A stretch of 64,000 bases of DNA from Cenarchaeum sp. (GCA_965212015.1 OZ243037.1:1472001-1536000); one strand, 5' to 3'. Positions 30,138 through 41,255 are shown, counted from the first letter of the stretch. The notes: generated by a model from the letters alone, not told the origin. Program-made: numbers and translations.

Positions 30138-31409
30138 TCATTTGGATTCTCTGTGGATTATGCTGTATTCTGAGTCGCCCTTGTCGTTTATGCTCCAGTT
30201 TACCGCCCCGAGCTCTGCAAGCCTTCCCATGGTGGCAAGTCTCCACTGGGCGATCTTGCGATCGACTATGGCACTTTGAGGCTCAAGTGAGTCAAGGTTG
30301 TATGTCTTGCTGGACTCGGGATTCTCCTTTACGTATTTGATTACGGCCTGTCTCATCTCCTCGCCTAGTATCATGGTAATTTTTGAATTCTTGTCGGATG
30401 CAACAGGACGTGTGATCCCTTTTTGATAATTCCTGACAATTCTGAGTGCTATCTCTACGAATCTCAACTCCAGCTTTCTTTTGGGAATCAGTTTTTTTAG
30501 GACAAAATCGGCCTCTTGTCTGCTCAGCGGTCTTGCATTGACATCTCCCATAATGATTGCATTTTCTAGCAAATAGAATTCCTTTCCTGCATCTGTCAGC
30601 GAGATGAACGTCTTTCCGCCACTCTCGAATGCAAAAACCAATCCCAAGGCAGATAATGCTCCCTCGAAATGATTTACCTTTGTAATCCTGTTCTTTCTTA
30701 CCTTTCCGATAAACTGGTCTTTGAATCTTTTCTGGGCCATGGAGATCTTTTCTTCATCCTTGTCGTCCCTGCCCTTCTTGGGAAGGCCGGTAGATGTTTT
30801 CTTGTTTCTGAGAATATTGTGCTCATTTTCATGCCTGTTAATTATTTCGGCAAATTCTTCTGCAATGTCGTATGCGTGAACCCTCAATTTGTTTAGCTCC
30901 ACTTTGGAATCCTTGCTCTGTTCAAGCAGGTCACACATCACGGACAGCACTATCTTGACTGGCAGTATTCTGCTGTAAAACCCAGACAGTAGCGGATATC
31001 CGTCGTACGGAATCACGTTTTTGGGCCTTGTGATCTTTAAGGCCCTGACGTATTTTCTTGTATGGTTAATGTTGGTGCGCAGCTCGAAGTGATCATGATC
31101 CGATCCTGCCAGCTTTTTTTGCTGTACCATCTCGTCGGCGTCACGGTCTATCTCCATGTCGCCAAACTGCCTTTTTCTCTCCTCTGAATTCATGCTTTGT
31201 TTCATGAATGCCTCCTGCTCGGCTGAAAACGGCATCAAATCCTTCATGAGCACCATGCATTCCTCGGGACGCGCGCTCTCCCAGGTAAGCAAAATGTCTA
31301 TGGCGGTCTTTAGAAAATCCTCTGTATTACGATATTTACTGTTCCCGACGAGCTCCCGTATTTTTTCTGCCTGAATCTCACGCACGGAATACTGTATCCT
31401 TTCTTCCAA
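30138..31409 (-). CDS. hypothetical protein with N-terminal ribbon-helix-helix-like and winged-helix-like segments
   Basis: IQYSV....AEKIRELV....YRNTEDFLKTAI resembles CopG/RHH; ISLTDAGKEF and GRLAELG resemble wHTH wings. Confidence 0.7.
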   Translation of the reverse strand: MEERIQYSVREIQAEKIRELVGNSKYRNTEDFLKTAIDILLTWESARPEECMVLMKDLMPFSAEQEAFMKQSMNSEERKRQFGDMEIDRDADEMVQQKKLAGSDHDHFELRTNINHTRKYVRALKITRPKNVIPYDGYPLLSGFYSRILPVKIVLSVMCDLLEQSKDSKVELNKLRVHAYDIAEEFAEIINRHENEHNILRNKKTSTGLPKKGRDDKDEEKISMAQKRFKDQFIGKVRKNRITKVNHFEGALSALGLVFAFESGGKTFISLTDAGKEFYLLENAIIMGDVNARPLSRQEADFVLKKLIPKRKLELRFVEIALRIVRNYQKGITRPVASDKNSKITMILGEEMRQAVIKYVKENPESSKTYNLDSLEPQSAIVDRKIAQWRLATMGRLAELGAVNWSINDKGDSEYSIIHRESK

Positions 31410-31587
31410 TGGCTTTATGATCTTTTGATACTATAAATATGATAGTATAAAGGGTAAAAATCTATTATAATACGATTATGAATTTTTTTAATGTACCATC
31501 TGTCATATATCCACCGTTTATATATTAAATATTGCCTTTATATGTAAATAAAGGTATCTTTATATATAACTAAAGCCATTACAGTAC

Positions 31588-32025
31588 ATGAACAATAACA
31601 CAATGATCAAATCCGAGACGGGCTTTACGCTGGACACCTGTGCGATAATCCGCATATGTGAGAACCGTAACGTAGCAGCCATGCTTGCCTGCCGAATTGA
31701 TTTTGAGAATTCGCCGGTATACCTGAACTCGATGACGGTATATGAGGCCGGAAAAAAAGGTCTGGACAAAAACGCGATAACATCCATTCTAAAAGACCGA
31801 TTGGGTGCGTCCGTGCTGTATGAGCCAGTTACTGCCGGGATGAATTCTGCCGCGATGGTTCTAGAGTGTCACCATAGCACGCTGCATTATGGTGATAGCC
31901 AGATCCTCGCGTTCAGCATCTCAAAATCCACGCTGCTCATCACCCGTGACAAAGGTCTGATTACGGCCGCCATAGAGGCAGGCTCTAATGCCGTAAATCC
32001 AGACGATCTGCCAGTCGACATGTAG
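31588..32025 (+). CDS. PIN domain (VapC-like) protein
   Basis: LDTCAII, YE, LHYGDSQILA, LITRDKGL acidic residues. Confidence 0.85.
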   Translation: MNNNTMIKSETGFTLDTCAIIRICENRNVAAMLACRIDFENSPVYLNSMTVYEAGKKGLDKNAITSILKDRLGASVLYEPVTAGMNSAAMVLECHHSTLHYGDSQILAFSISKSTLLITRDKGLITAAIEAGSNAVNPDDLPVDM

Positions 32026-32038
32026 GCAGGCACACTTG

Positions 32039-32076
32039 AAAACGACCCGGCAGGGTCTGTTTTTTTATTTTTTTTT
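32039..32076 (+). terminator. hairpin plus long T-tract after the PIN gene
   Basis: gaccc-ggca-gggtc followed by ttttttt/ttttttttt. Confidence 0.55.
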
Positions 32077-32441
32077 AAGATCCACCTTTATGTTGTGCCG
32101 TATGCTGGTTGGCATAGGCACATATCTGTTTTGTTTATTTTGATTTTACCGGCGTGATTAAACCTGGATATAGAAACCACAGTATGCAGTGTACGCGATA
32201 TGCCCTGATTGCACATGTCATTTGCGTGGGCTTTTTACACATGTGGATTAATAATATGATTTTACAATGCTTATTTCTGACACGTGTTTTTTCATGTGTG
32301 ACGGGTGTATTTTTGAGGATTTATCCGGACAAATAATACTCCAGAAAATCACTGTGGTTTGGACACTATTCTGCTTATATGCGATATGTCCAAATTACAC
32401 CACAGCAACGGTTTTTTATCCTGATATTACCTAGATGTGTG

Positions 32442-32915
32442 ATGAAGGTAGTGATTATGATCGGGATTCAGGGAAGCGGCAAGACGACGCTTGCCAGGCA
32501 AGAGTTTCCAGACCATGCCCACGTGTCCCTTGATATAATCAAGGGGTTTCCGTACACAAAAAAGCTAGAGATTCGAAAGCGGTATACGCCGGATGATGCA
32601 GGGCTGTCGCCATACCCTATTAGTAAAAACAGGCAAGTCGAGTATGTGATTATGAGAGAATCCCTGGATACGGGCAGGGACGTGCTAGTCGATGACACCA
32701 ATGTGACCCGCAGGATACGCCTGCAGCACATCTGCCTTGCCAGAAGGTACGGCGCCGAGGTAAGCGCCATATTCTTTACAAACATCCAAAGGGCGTACAG
32801 CCAGAACCAGTTGCGCAAAAAGCCCATACCCAAGAAAATCTTGGACAGATTTCACAGGGACATGGAGATTCCACATATGGATGAGGGCTTTGAGTCCATC
32901 CGGACCATATACTAG
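32442..32915 (+). CDS. P-loop kinase (AAA_33, polynucleotide kinase-like)
   Basis: GIQGSGKTT, VSLD, VLVDDTN, N..R...IP, EIP..DEGF. Confidence 0.85.
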   Translation: MKVVIMIGIQGSGKTTLARQEFPDHAHVSLDIIKGFPYTKKLEIRKRYTPDDAGLSPYPISKNRQVEYVIMRESLDTGRDVLVDDTNVTRRIRLQHICLARRYGAEVSAIFFTNIQRAYSQNQLRKKPIPKKILDRFHRDMEIPHMDEGFESIRTIY

Positions 32916-33490
32916 GGTTTTCTGAACGTGCGTCATGCCTTGTTTTATGGCAGGTCCGTTCATCCGCGTGAATCCGCCAAATTCCGGGCTTGCATTCTGG
33001 CAAATGCGGTATTTTCCCCGTGTTCGGAGGGCCTCTGTCCTTACCGCATTTCCCGTGCATGCCGTCTTGTACAATTCCGGCAATCACTGCCCTGTATCGG
33101 ACAGGGAATGAACTATTTTGACAGGACAATCTGGTAGTTCTCATTCTGGTGCAGTTGACCGGTTTTTAGTGAAATTTTGTGCGTATCTGAACGCGAATTC
33201 GTATATTGGATTGCTTTTGGGCCTTTTTAAGGCCAACTGGACTAAATTTGGACGGATCGCGGATTGTTCCAGACAGATTAAGGCGATCAGGCCGAATTTG
33301 GGAGTTTTATCCATGCAAATAGGCTCAAGGAGCTGGAGTGTAAAGCGGTAACAACTTGATACCATCAAACTTAATAAGGAATGACATCCAATTAAACTCA
33401 TGGACAAATCAGAGAAACATGTCATAAAAGACGTCTATGTGTGTACATTTCCATACGGCGCAAACAAAGACACAGAGCCTAAAATGGACG

Positions 33491-34030
33491 TCAAGCAATC
33501 TTAATTTCTTTTTCTAGCTGGTTTTTGGCAGCTTGAATATACGTTAGTATCTCATTTTGCACGTCTGTCAGCTGTATCCAGACATTTATCACAAGTTTGT
33601 GATAGTCGGCAGTTCCCAATTCTATATCATTACGCTTTGAAAATATGAACAGATCCTGGTTTTTATCCATCATTTTGTTGTTCAGTTCCATTTTAAGATA
33701 AAGTGGATTCAATATTTTTTGAAGATCTTTGGAAAATAAGGCGTAATGCCCCGAATGAATTGCACTTTGAAACCCAACATGGCCCACGTATACGGGACGA
33801 AATTTGATCTTTTGACCATCATCATAAATATGACGTATTGGTTCAATCTTGCTATCATCGCCAAGATAATGCTGAATATCGTTTATCTCATCCAATATGG
33901 AACATCCTGCGTTATTACGACTCGTATTCTTGTCTAATCGTTTCTTTACAAAGTACACTGCTGGCGATCCAATGACCGAGATTATCACAACACTGTTGGT
34001 TATCACTTCCAACCAATTGGCATCCATCAC
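33491..34030 (-). CDS. hypothetical protein with N-terminal TM helix
   Basis: 179-aa AT-rich ORF. Confidence 0.65.
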   Translation of the reverse strand: MMDANWLEVITNSVVIISVIGSPAVYFVKKRLDKNTSRNNAGCSILDEINDIQHYLGDDSKIEPIRHIYDDGQKIKFRPVYVGHVGFQSAIHSGHYALFSKDLQKILNPLYLKMELNNKMMDKNQDLFIFSKRNDIELGTADYHKLVINVWIQLTDVQNEILTYIQAAKNQLEKEIKIA

Positions 34031-34217
34031 GATTTCTTGGCCTTTGAAGGCATTTTAATCATTCTAATTTGGATCTGACACGGCAGAATCGTCTTTTACG
34101 GGACAGTTTTTCGACAAACTAGGACGTGCCGGCCTCAAACTGGAGGGGTTTTTGACGAATACCTGCCAGTCTTGCGGCGCATGCCGGCAGAGTTTATAAC
34201 GTGACCATACCCCTAAA

Positions 34218-35225
34218 ATGGCATTGGACGGCGCACTAGAGCACATACTCGCTGCCTGTATAGTCTGTATAGTCGCATTTGCAACCGTATACTGTATTAC
34301 GCCATATCTGATAAGGTACCTTGCCCGCCGCAACATGACGGTTCCTGACATGCACAAAAAGGACAAGCCGGCAATACCCAGGCCGGGGGGGCCTGCCATA
34401 ATTGCGGGTATTATAACATCCGAGATTGCACTGTATGCTTTTTTTCCGCATGTGGAGGTTCTTGCCATACTGGCATCCAGTGCGATTGCCTTTGCAGTCG
34501 GGTGGGTTGACGACAAAAAGGCCATGGGCGGCTGGTTCAAGCCGCTGGCACTGGCCTTTGCCGCAGTCCCGATACTCGCATTGGGTGCGTATGGCACCGA
34601 CTTGGCATTTCCGATATTCGGCTCGGTGCACATTCCGCTGCTATACCTGGGCATTATAGTGATAATGATTCCAATCACCGGAAACACCATAAACTCCATA
34701 GACGTCTTTAACGGGGCGGCCAGCGGATTCATGGCAATTGCCGGCATATCCCTCACCATATGCCTGGTGATAGTCCAGAATTACACCATTGCCCTTGCCA
34801 GCCTTCCCCTGATATTTGTCTCGCTTGCCTTTTACAAGTACCACAAGTCTCCAAGCAGGATATTTCCCGGCGACTCTGGGGCGCTGGCCTTTGGCGGCAT
34901 GTACGGGGCGCTTGCCATAGTGGGGCAGGTCGAGATTGTTGCCGCAATCGCCATACTGCCCGCCATAATAAACTCGTTTTTGTTCCTCTCTAGCGTAAAG
35001 CGCATAGTGGAGCATCGCGAGATAAAGGTAAAGCCTGCGTTTCTTACGGATGATTTAAAGCTGAACGCCTCGAAGGATCCTAGGGCGCCGATAAGTCTGG
35101 TGCGCATTATAGTGTCAAAAATCCCAATGACCGAGGGGCAGATAGTGCGCGAGATATTAAAGCTTGCCACATTCTCCGGCATACTGGCAGTAATCACGGC
35201 GTTTCTTATGGGCGTGAAACTTTGA
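34218..35225 (+). CDS. UDP-GlcNAc:dolichyl-phosphate GlcNAc-1-phosphotransferase (AglH/MraY-like)
   Basis: DMHK, PRPGG, GWVDD, NTINSIDVFNG, IFPGDSG. Confidence 0.9.
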   Translation: MALDGALEHILAACIVCIVAFATVYCITPYLIRYLARRNMTVPDMHKKDKPAIPRPGGPAIIAGIITSEIALYAFFPHVEVLAILASSAIAFAVGWVDDKKAMGGWFKPLALAFAAVPILALGAYGTDLAFPIFGSVHIPLLYLGIIVIMIPITGNTINSIDVFNGAASGFMAIAGISLTICLVIVQNYTIALASLPLIFVSLAFYKYHKSPSRIFPGDSGALAFGGMYGALAIVGQVEIVAAIAILPAIINSFLFLSSVKRIVEHREIKVKPAFLTDDLKLNASKDPRAPISLVRIIVSKIPMTEGQIVREILKLATFSGILAVITAFLMGVKL

Positions 35226-35434
35226 GGTCGCTTTACGCCTTTGTGTTTCTCATGTGGGGCTTGATGATTATAGGCGGGGGTATTCTCACCACGCTGGGCT
35301 CGTTTTCCGTACCCGCAGAGGATCTGCACCCGTTTGCCCTGTCGGTCATAAAGGCCATAATTGCCGTCCTGCTTGTTATACTGTGGATTGTAGTTCTATC
35401 CCGTATGAAAAGGATGATCTTTAACAGGGTATAG
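35222..35434 (+). CDS. small membrane protein
   Basis: Two TM helices; overlaps the upstream stop. Confidence 0.65.
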   Translation: MRSLYAFVFLMWGLMIIGGGILTTLGSFSVPAEDLHPFALSVIKAIIAVLLVILWIVVLSRMKRMIFNRV

Positions 35435-35447
35435 TTATCTGTCAGAG

Positions 35448-36458
35448 TTAGCCTGTTTTTATGATCTGGCGCAGCTTGTCGTATGGGTCTTCCATGGATT
35501 TTAGCATGTTTTCTGCCCTGTTGTCTGGTTTTTTATTCAGCATGTACTGTATGGTGTATGGGATCTTTTTTGGGTCTCTCTGCCGGGTTATGATCTTTTT
35601 TCTTACCAGATATTTTTCTATTAGATTTGGCGCGGCATCGTACGATATCGTGGGCGTGCCCAGCAGTGCGGATTCTGCCGTCATGGTGCCGCCGGAGCCG
35701 ACAAATACGTCGCATCCCTGAAGCAGGGACTTGCCGTCATACATCATGCCCTGCGTCTTTATCCTGCTTCCGAATGTTTCTTCGAGTGCCTTTTTCTGGT
35801 CATCATATCTGTACAGTACTATAACGTTCTGATCCCCATGCTGCTTTAGGATGTTTTCGATTATGGGGTTTGATGCGTGTTTTTTTATGTATGCTGCTTG
35901 ATCCTCTGCAAGCCGGATGAGGATGGTCTTTTTTTCCGTGTCAAATACGGGCTTTGACTTTGTGATTCTCTTTATCATGGGCGCCGCATCGATTGCCCTG
36001 TACGGTATGATGTCTTTTGGCGCGATTCCGAACTTTGTAAATTCCCTCTTTGGGATTATCCATGGGGTAAGCAGTTTTTGTATCAGTGGGATTGAGAGCT
36101 TTAGCGCCGCGGTGTGGTGCGGCGAGTCGTTAAATGCAATGTGTCGGATTCCCATGCCGTGGGATACGCGGGATGCGTCCGGCGAGCAAAAGCTTATCGT
36201 CAGGTCGGGTGCGAATTTGTGGATTAATTTTGAGAGTATCATGCATCTTTGCAGGCTGGATTCTAGCTTGCCGTACTTTTCCGCACCGCCGTACCTGCCG
36301 GCAAGGGTCAGCGGGAATTTTTTTATCCTGGCGATTGATGTCACTTCGCCGTATCTGCGGGAGGTGCACAGTATTTTGTGGCTCTTTTTCAGGTCCCTTG
36401 CCATGGGCTCGAAAAAGAGCAGCTGTTTGGGGGTTAGTATGTCAAACCAGATCTTCAT
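35448..36458 (-). CDS. DUF354 family GT-B fold protein
   Basis: MKIWFDILTPKQ, TSR, GSGGTMTAESALLGTP, MEDP. Confidence 0.88.
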   Translation of the reverse strand: MKIWFDILTPKQLLFFEPMARDLKKSHKILCTSRRYGEVTSIARIKKFPLTLAGRYGGAEKYGKLESSLQRCMILSKLIHKFAPDLTISFCSPDASRVSHGMGIRHIAFNDSPHHTAALKLSIPLIQKLLTPWIIPKREFTKFGIAPKDIIPYRAIDAAPMIKRITKSKPVFDTEKKTILIRLAEDQAAYIKKHASNPIIENILKQHGDQNVIVLYRYDDQKKALEETFGSRIKTQGMMYDGKSLLQGCDVFVGSGGTMTAESALLGTPTISYDAAPNLIEKYLVRKKIITRQRDPKKIPYTIQYMLNKKPDNRAENMLKSMEDPYDKLRQIIKTG

Positions 36459-36673
36459 GTGATTTTGGTGTGATTTTTGCGCTCAATAAGTCTTGTGTTC
36501 TGCCTGTGTGTCGTATTTTTAAAAACGTGATCTGTCTGTGACAGGATGGATCCTCAGATCGCGCTATATCTGTCATAATATGTTCAAAAAATACATTGAG
36601 AGCATTCTCAATATAGGCGTGGCCATGCCTGCCTATGTCGCATAAAAGATTTTTATTCATTAGTATGGCACAC

Positions 36674-38449
36674 ATGTTGTTGCAAATAGAAAAAATTACC
36701 ATACATAATATCCTGTCATATGAAGATGTCACTTTTACCCTCAAACAAAATAATGTGATAGTTGGCCCAAATAATTCAGGCAAATCAAACATATTGAGAA
36801 TATTAAACATGTTGAAAAATATCGATTTCATACAACATTTAAAAATGGATTCAAAATCCAAACATAGTGATGGATATTCTCTTTTATCGTTGAATCTCTT
36901 GTTGACAAAATCCGAGTCACGAATGCTAAATTCAGTGATATTTCGCAATCCAAATGTAACAGATGACTTGGATCGCGATTTTTCACGAATTCAAATAGTC
37001 ATCAAATGGAGTAAATCTGCAAATGATGACTTGCCAGCGGAGGTAATCTTGAGAATATCCAACGGGATCACATTTGTTAATCACCAGCCTAATGAGGCAT
37101 TTTATACAGATAAAATCATTCTCAATGAAAATTTGATCGCTGTTCCCACAATCATAAGAGGTATGCGAAGTAAAATAACGTCATACCAACAAATACATAA
37201 AATCCATGCTCCTGCATTGTTTCAAACAATTTTATATTCTCCTCCATTCTCCAATAATATTAAGTCATTTTTTTCAATAAGAAATGAAAAATGTTCCATT
37301 CCATGCAATATGGTTATATTACCAACTGACAATCGTGAATTTATTCCGCAGATCTTTAAATTTGTGGATGCAAATATGGTGGCCGGCAGTGAAATATCCA
37401 TATTTCATTTGATCACAAAATTCTTACATAAAGGATTATTCCTAATTGAGGAAATGCGACCACCAATTAATGATTTTGCAAATATGTTGTTTGTCATGAA
37501 GAACAATCAGGAAAGAGACTATGAAGAAATAAAATCAAGTTTTTCGAAAATTTTTTCTGGAATGCTGTTTGAAATACGTAAAGGCGAACAACAGAAGAAA
37601 CATATTATCATACATGAGCGTGAAAAAGAATTCCCCCTAGAGAAATCATCGGCAGGATACTTTCAGATGCTTTATATTCTTTATCAAATACATGGCAAAA
37701 AAGGCCAATCAGTGTTTTTTGATGAGCCCGAAACACACTTGCATCCAAACAATATTAAAAAAATGACAAATTATCTGAATAATTATGGAAAAGGAAATGC
37801 CGAATTGGATGACTTTGATGCTCGATCCAAATATTTTCATAGTTTTGAAAACCAAATTTCGCTGATTACCCATTCCCCATTATTGGTGACCCATCAGTTG
37901 TTATCTGATAAAACAAAAGAACTGTTTTATGTCAACAAACAAAACAGCACAAGCACTGTTAATCAAAAATCTGATAATTTTATCATGGATGTAAAGACTG
38001 CAAATTTTAGGCCTCAGATATTCTTTGGTAAATGTGTAATTTTAGTCGAAGGTATAACTGACGAATATGCCATGATGGGGTTATCGGCAAGATGTGGAAA
38101 TGAAATTGAAAAAAACGACATTGTACTAGTCAATGTTGGCAGCAAAACACAACTGCCTCATTATATTTCACTTCTCTCGGAATATAACATGCCGTATGTT
38201 GCTATGGCGGATTCTGATTATGAGGATAATTCGCGTGGTGTGATCATGTTGAAAACAGATCTAGAAGATGAACTAAAGTCATACGGCATGCCTTGGCGAA
38301 AGGATAAAAATCAGAAAAAAGAATTTAAGCCGGAAAAAATCTATGATTTCATGGCTAGCTCTGAAAATGACGAAAAAGTAAAAAATGGCACCATATACAA
38401 AGTAATGAAAAAAGCCGTATCCCTTGTTGATCCTGTCACGGATGCCTGA
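36674..38449 (+). CDS. OLD-family ATP-dependent nuclease (ABC ATPase + TOPRIM)
   Basis: GPNNSGKS, SSAG signature, FFDEPETHLHP, ITHSP, ILVEGITD, DSD. Confidence 0.88.
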   Translation: MLLQIEKITIHNILSYEDVTFTLKQNNVIVGPNNSGKSNILRILNMLKNIDFIQHLKMDSKSKHSDGYSLLSLNLLLTKSESRMLNSVIFRNPNVTDDLDRDFSRIQIVIKWSKSANDDLPAEVILRISNGITFVNHQPNEAFYTDKIILNENLIAVPTIIRGMRSKITSYQQIHKIHAPALFQTILYSPPFSNNIKSFFSIRNEKCSIPCNMVILPTDNREFIPQIFKFVDANMVAGSEISIFHLITKFLHKGLFLIEEMRPPINDFANMLFVMKNNQERDYEEIKSSFSKIFSGMLFEIRKGEQQKKHIIIHEREKEFPLEKSSAGYFQMLYILYQIHGKKGQSVFFDEPETHLHPNNIKKMTNYLNNYGKGNAELDDFDARSKYFHSFENQISLITHSPLLVTHQLLSDKTKELFYVNKQNSTSTVNQKSDNFIMDVKTANFRPQIFFGKCVILVEGITDEYAMMGLSARCGNEIEKNDIVLVNVGSKTQLPHYISLLSEYNMPYVAMADSDYEDNSRGVIMLKTDLEDELKSYGMPWRKDKNQKKEFKPEKIYDFMASSENDEKVKNGTIYKVMKKAVSLVDPVTDA

Positions 38450-38648
38450 TATGATACACCCCATCCCAAATTTGCCGTTTTTTACGTGTATACTGTGTGT
38501 TTGCCATCTAATTTTAGGACTTTGAATTCTTGATCTCAAATTTTGGACTGAGATCATAGCATATCGTGTGTGGTAATAAAAAGTAGTATCAACGTACGAT
38601 ACATGAAGGAAAGTATCATTTAAATCCATATTAGTAAATAATGATCAC

Positions 38649-39791
38649 ATGATGACAAACGGACAATACGACCCAAACATGAATCGCCAAAAAATCGCCA
38701 TATATCTCCCAATCGATGGGACTCGTGGGGGCGGGGAGCAGGTATCCCGTGATATAATCCGCGTACTGCATGAAAGCAAAAAATACCATATTACAATATT
38801 TACGCCATACACAAAACAGGAAACATATCCGCCAGATATCGCCCTAAAGCACTTTCTTCCTGCATGGATTAAAAAATACAAGATCATCAAACCCAAGATC
38901 GTCTGGTGGGCATTCCTATATGTCCGATACAGGTTCCAGAGGTTGAAAAACTTTGATCTAATCATACAGCCAAATGAAACATCGTTGCCCCACCAATCAA
39001 TCCCCATTCTCATATATTCGCATGACGGGCACCATTATCATGAACAAATACGACAAAGGATCAAAAATTCCAAGGGAATCAGACATTACATGAGAAAAAA
39101 AATATACGGAGGTTTTGTTGGCGACTTTGACAACATGTGCAGCAACGAAAATATCCATGTGATAACCAACTCTACAGACACCCAAAAAAGACTCAACCCA
39201 AAGCAAACCATTGTAATCCCACCCGCCATATACCTGAATAAATACAAACAGATGAGCAAAAAAGACGGAATAGTCTCGCTGGCAAGATATGACCGCGCAA
39301 AAAACTGGGAATTACTAATCAAAGTCATGGGTGATATCGGCGTAAAATCCATCTGCCTTGGTTCTACCGATTATGAAGGATCTCTGCAATATTACGACGA
39401 ACTGAAAGCGGCGGCATCTGAGAATGTGACACTAAAGCACAATGTTGATTTTGACACTATAGTGAATGATCTTGCAGAATCCAAGGTTTATCTCCATGCC
39501 GCATCCAGGGAGGGATTTGGAATTACGGTTATAGAAGCAATGGCATCAGGTTGCATACCCATAGTTCCAGACAATACGGCACTTGCAGACACTGTTCCGT
39601 TTGCAGAACTTCGGTATGAGACAAATTCGGCAGATGATGCTGCGAACAAAGTCAGGCATGCCTTGGCCGGAGAGTATGATCATTATCTTCCAAAACTATG
39701 TGAGCATATCAAGCAGTATGATTTTGACAACTTTCAAAAGCAGATTCTGGCAAAAATAGACGGCATATTAAAAAAAGACTCCAATACGTGA
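38649..39791 (+). CDS. glycosyltransferase family 4
   Basis: GGGEQV, NS, R...KN, EGFGITVIEAMASGCIP. Confidence 0.92.
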   Translation: MMTNGQYDPNMNRQKIAIYLPIDGTRGGGEQVSRDIIRVLHESKKYHITIFTPYTKQETYPPDIALKHFLPAWIKKYKIIKPKIVWWAFLYVRYRFQRLKNFDLIIQPNETSLPHQSIPILIYSHDGHHYHEQIRQRIKNSKGIRHYMRKKIYGGFVGDFDNMCSNENIHVITNSTDTQKRLNPKQTIVIPPAIYLNKYKQMSKKDGIVSLARYDRAKNWELLIKVMGDIGVKSICLGSTDYEGSLQYYDELKAAASENVTLKHNVDFDTIVNDLAESKVYLHAASREGFGITVIEAMASGCIPIVPDNTALADTVPFAELRYETNSADDAANKVRHALAGEYDHYLPKLCEHIKQYDFDNFQKQILAKIDGILKKDSNT

Positions 39792-40010
39792 TTTTTTTGA
39801 CATATATGCGGAACCGGGAATTGAAATTTGCCCTAGAAACAAATCATAATAATCAGGACCGTGACTTTATCGTCATGGAGACTATGGCCAGTCAAGTGCT
39901 TTAATGGAGCCACAATCTCGCACTAGAAATTTCAACCCATGTCTACATATTGCCGGAAGGGCATTGCCCAAACCCTCACATATTTTATATATGAACCATA
40001 TGCCGTCCAT

Positions 40011-41255
40011 ATGATGAACGTGGGTTTTGTCGGACTGGGCAAGCTAGGCCTGCCGTCCGCGCTGGCCATCGAGTCAAAAGGCCACACCGTAACAGGATAC
40101 GACATTAACCCAAAGATCAAAGAGTATATCGAGACCAAGAGCATCCCGTATCTGGAGGCCGGCGTTCCGGAACTGCTCCAGAACACAAAGATCCGCGTTC
40201 TGCCCCTGTCCAACGTGCTAAAGGAATCCGAGATAATATTCATGCCGGTACAGACGCCGCACGACCCCCTGTACGAGGGAATCACAAAGCTGCCGGACAC
40301 CACGGCGGACTTTGATTACGAGTATCTGAAATCTGCATGCAAGGCAGTCTCTGCAGAGCTGGACAAGCTAGGCCAGGACAGAATCATAATCATAATATCG
40401 ACGGTACTGCCCGGGACAATACAGCGCGAGATAAAGCCCCTCCTGTCCCCGCACGCAAAGCTGTGCTACAACCCGTTTTTTATCGCCATGGGAACCACCG
40501 TGCACGACTTTTTAAACCCCGAGATAGTCCTGTTCGGGGTAGACGACTCCGAGGCAGTCGCCAAGGCCAAGGAATTTTACAGCACGATAACTGACGTGCC
40601 GTTCCACGAGATGAGCATAATAAACGCCGAGCTGGTAAAGGTAAACTATAACACGTTTATCACGATGAAGATCAACTTTGCAAACAACCTGATGGAGGTC
40701 TGCCATAAAATGAGAAAAGCGGGCGCGGATGTCGACGTGGTAATAAACGCGTTATCCGATTGCACCAAGAGGATCATCAGTCCGTCATACATGAGGGGCG
40801 GAATGCCGGACGGTGGAGGGTGCCATCCGCGCGACAACATTGCGCTGGCGGACTTTGCAAAGCGCCACGATCTCTCCAACGATATCTATACCGAAGGCAT
40901 GATGGTGCGCGAACACCACATAGAATGGTTTGCAGACATGATCAATAAATACGACATGCCAAAGATAATACTGGGAAAGTCATACAAGCCAGAGACGAAC
41001 CTCACTGTAGGCAGCTCCTCGATGCGGCTGTACAACGAACTCAAGGATAAAATACCCATAACCATATGGGATCCGTACGTGGACGGCATGGACAACATTA
41101 AGGAAATGCAAAGGGGGCCTGCAGTGTACTTTATCGGCACAAAGCATGAATATTTTCAGAAATTCCAATACCCCGAAGGAAGCACGGTGATTGATCCGTT
41201 CGGATACATCGTACCACGTGACGGCATAACCGTAATCCCGGTGGGGCGGCAATGA
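40011..41255 (+). CDS. UDP-glucose/GDP-mannose dehydrogenase
   Basis: GLGKLG, VQTP, STVLPG, AELVK, GGGCHPRD, G.SYKPET. Confidence 0.93.
   Translation: MMNVGFVGLGKLGLPSALAIESKGHTVTGYDINPKIKEYIETKSIPYLEAGVPELLQNTKIRVLPLSNVLKESEIIFMPVQTPHDPLYEGITKLPDTTADFDYEYLKSACKAVSAELDKLGQDRIIIIISTVLPGTIQREIKPLLSPHAKLCYNPFFIAMGTTVHDFLNPEIVLFGVDDSEAVAKAKEFYSTITDVPFHEMSIINAELVKVNYNTFITMKINFANNLMEVCHKMRKAGADVDVVINALSDCTKRIISPSYMRGGMPDGGGCHPRDNIALADFAKRHDLSNDIYTEGMMVREHHIEWFADMINKYDMPKIILGKSYKPETNLTVGSSSMRLYNELKDKIPITIWDPYVDGMDNIKEMQRGPAVYFIGTKHEYFQKFQYPEGSTVIDPFGYIVPRDGITVIPVGRQ

Noticed and set aside
32916-33490. Short ORFs between the kinase and the 33491 gene
   Set aside because: No recognisable motifs and mutually overlapping frames
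36674-38449. Gabija system
   Set aside because: No adjacent GajB/UvrD helicase
39807-39825. tRNA 3'-end-like fragment (TTCAATTCCCGGTTCCGCA, minus strand) as an att site
   Set aside because: No T-stem pairing, no second copy and no integrase in the window
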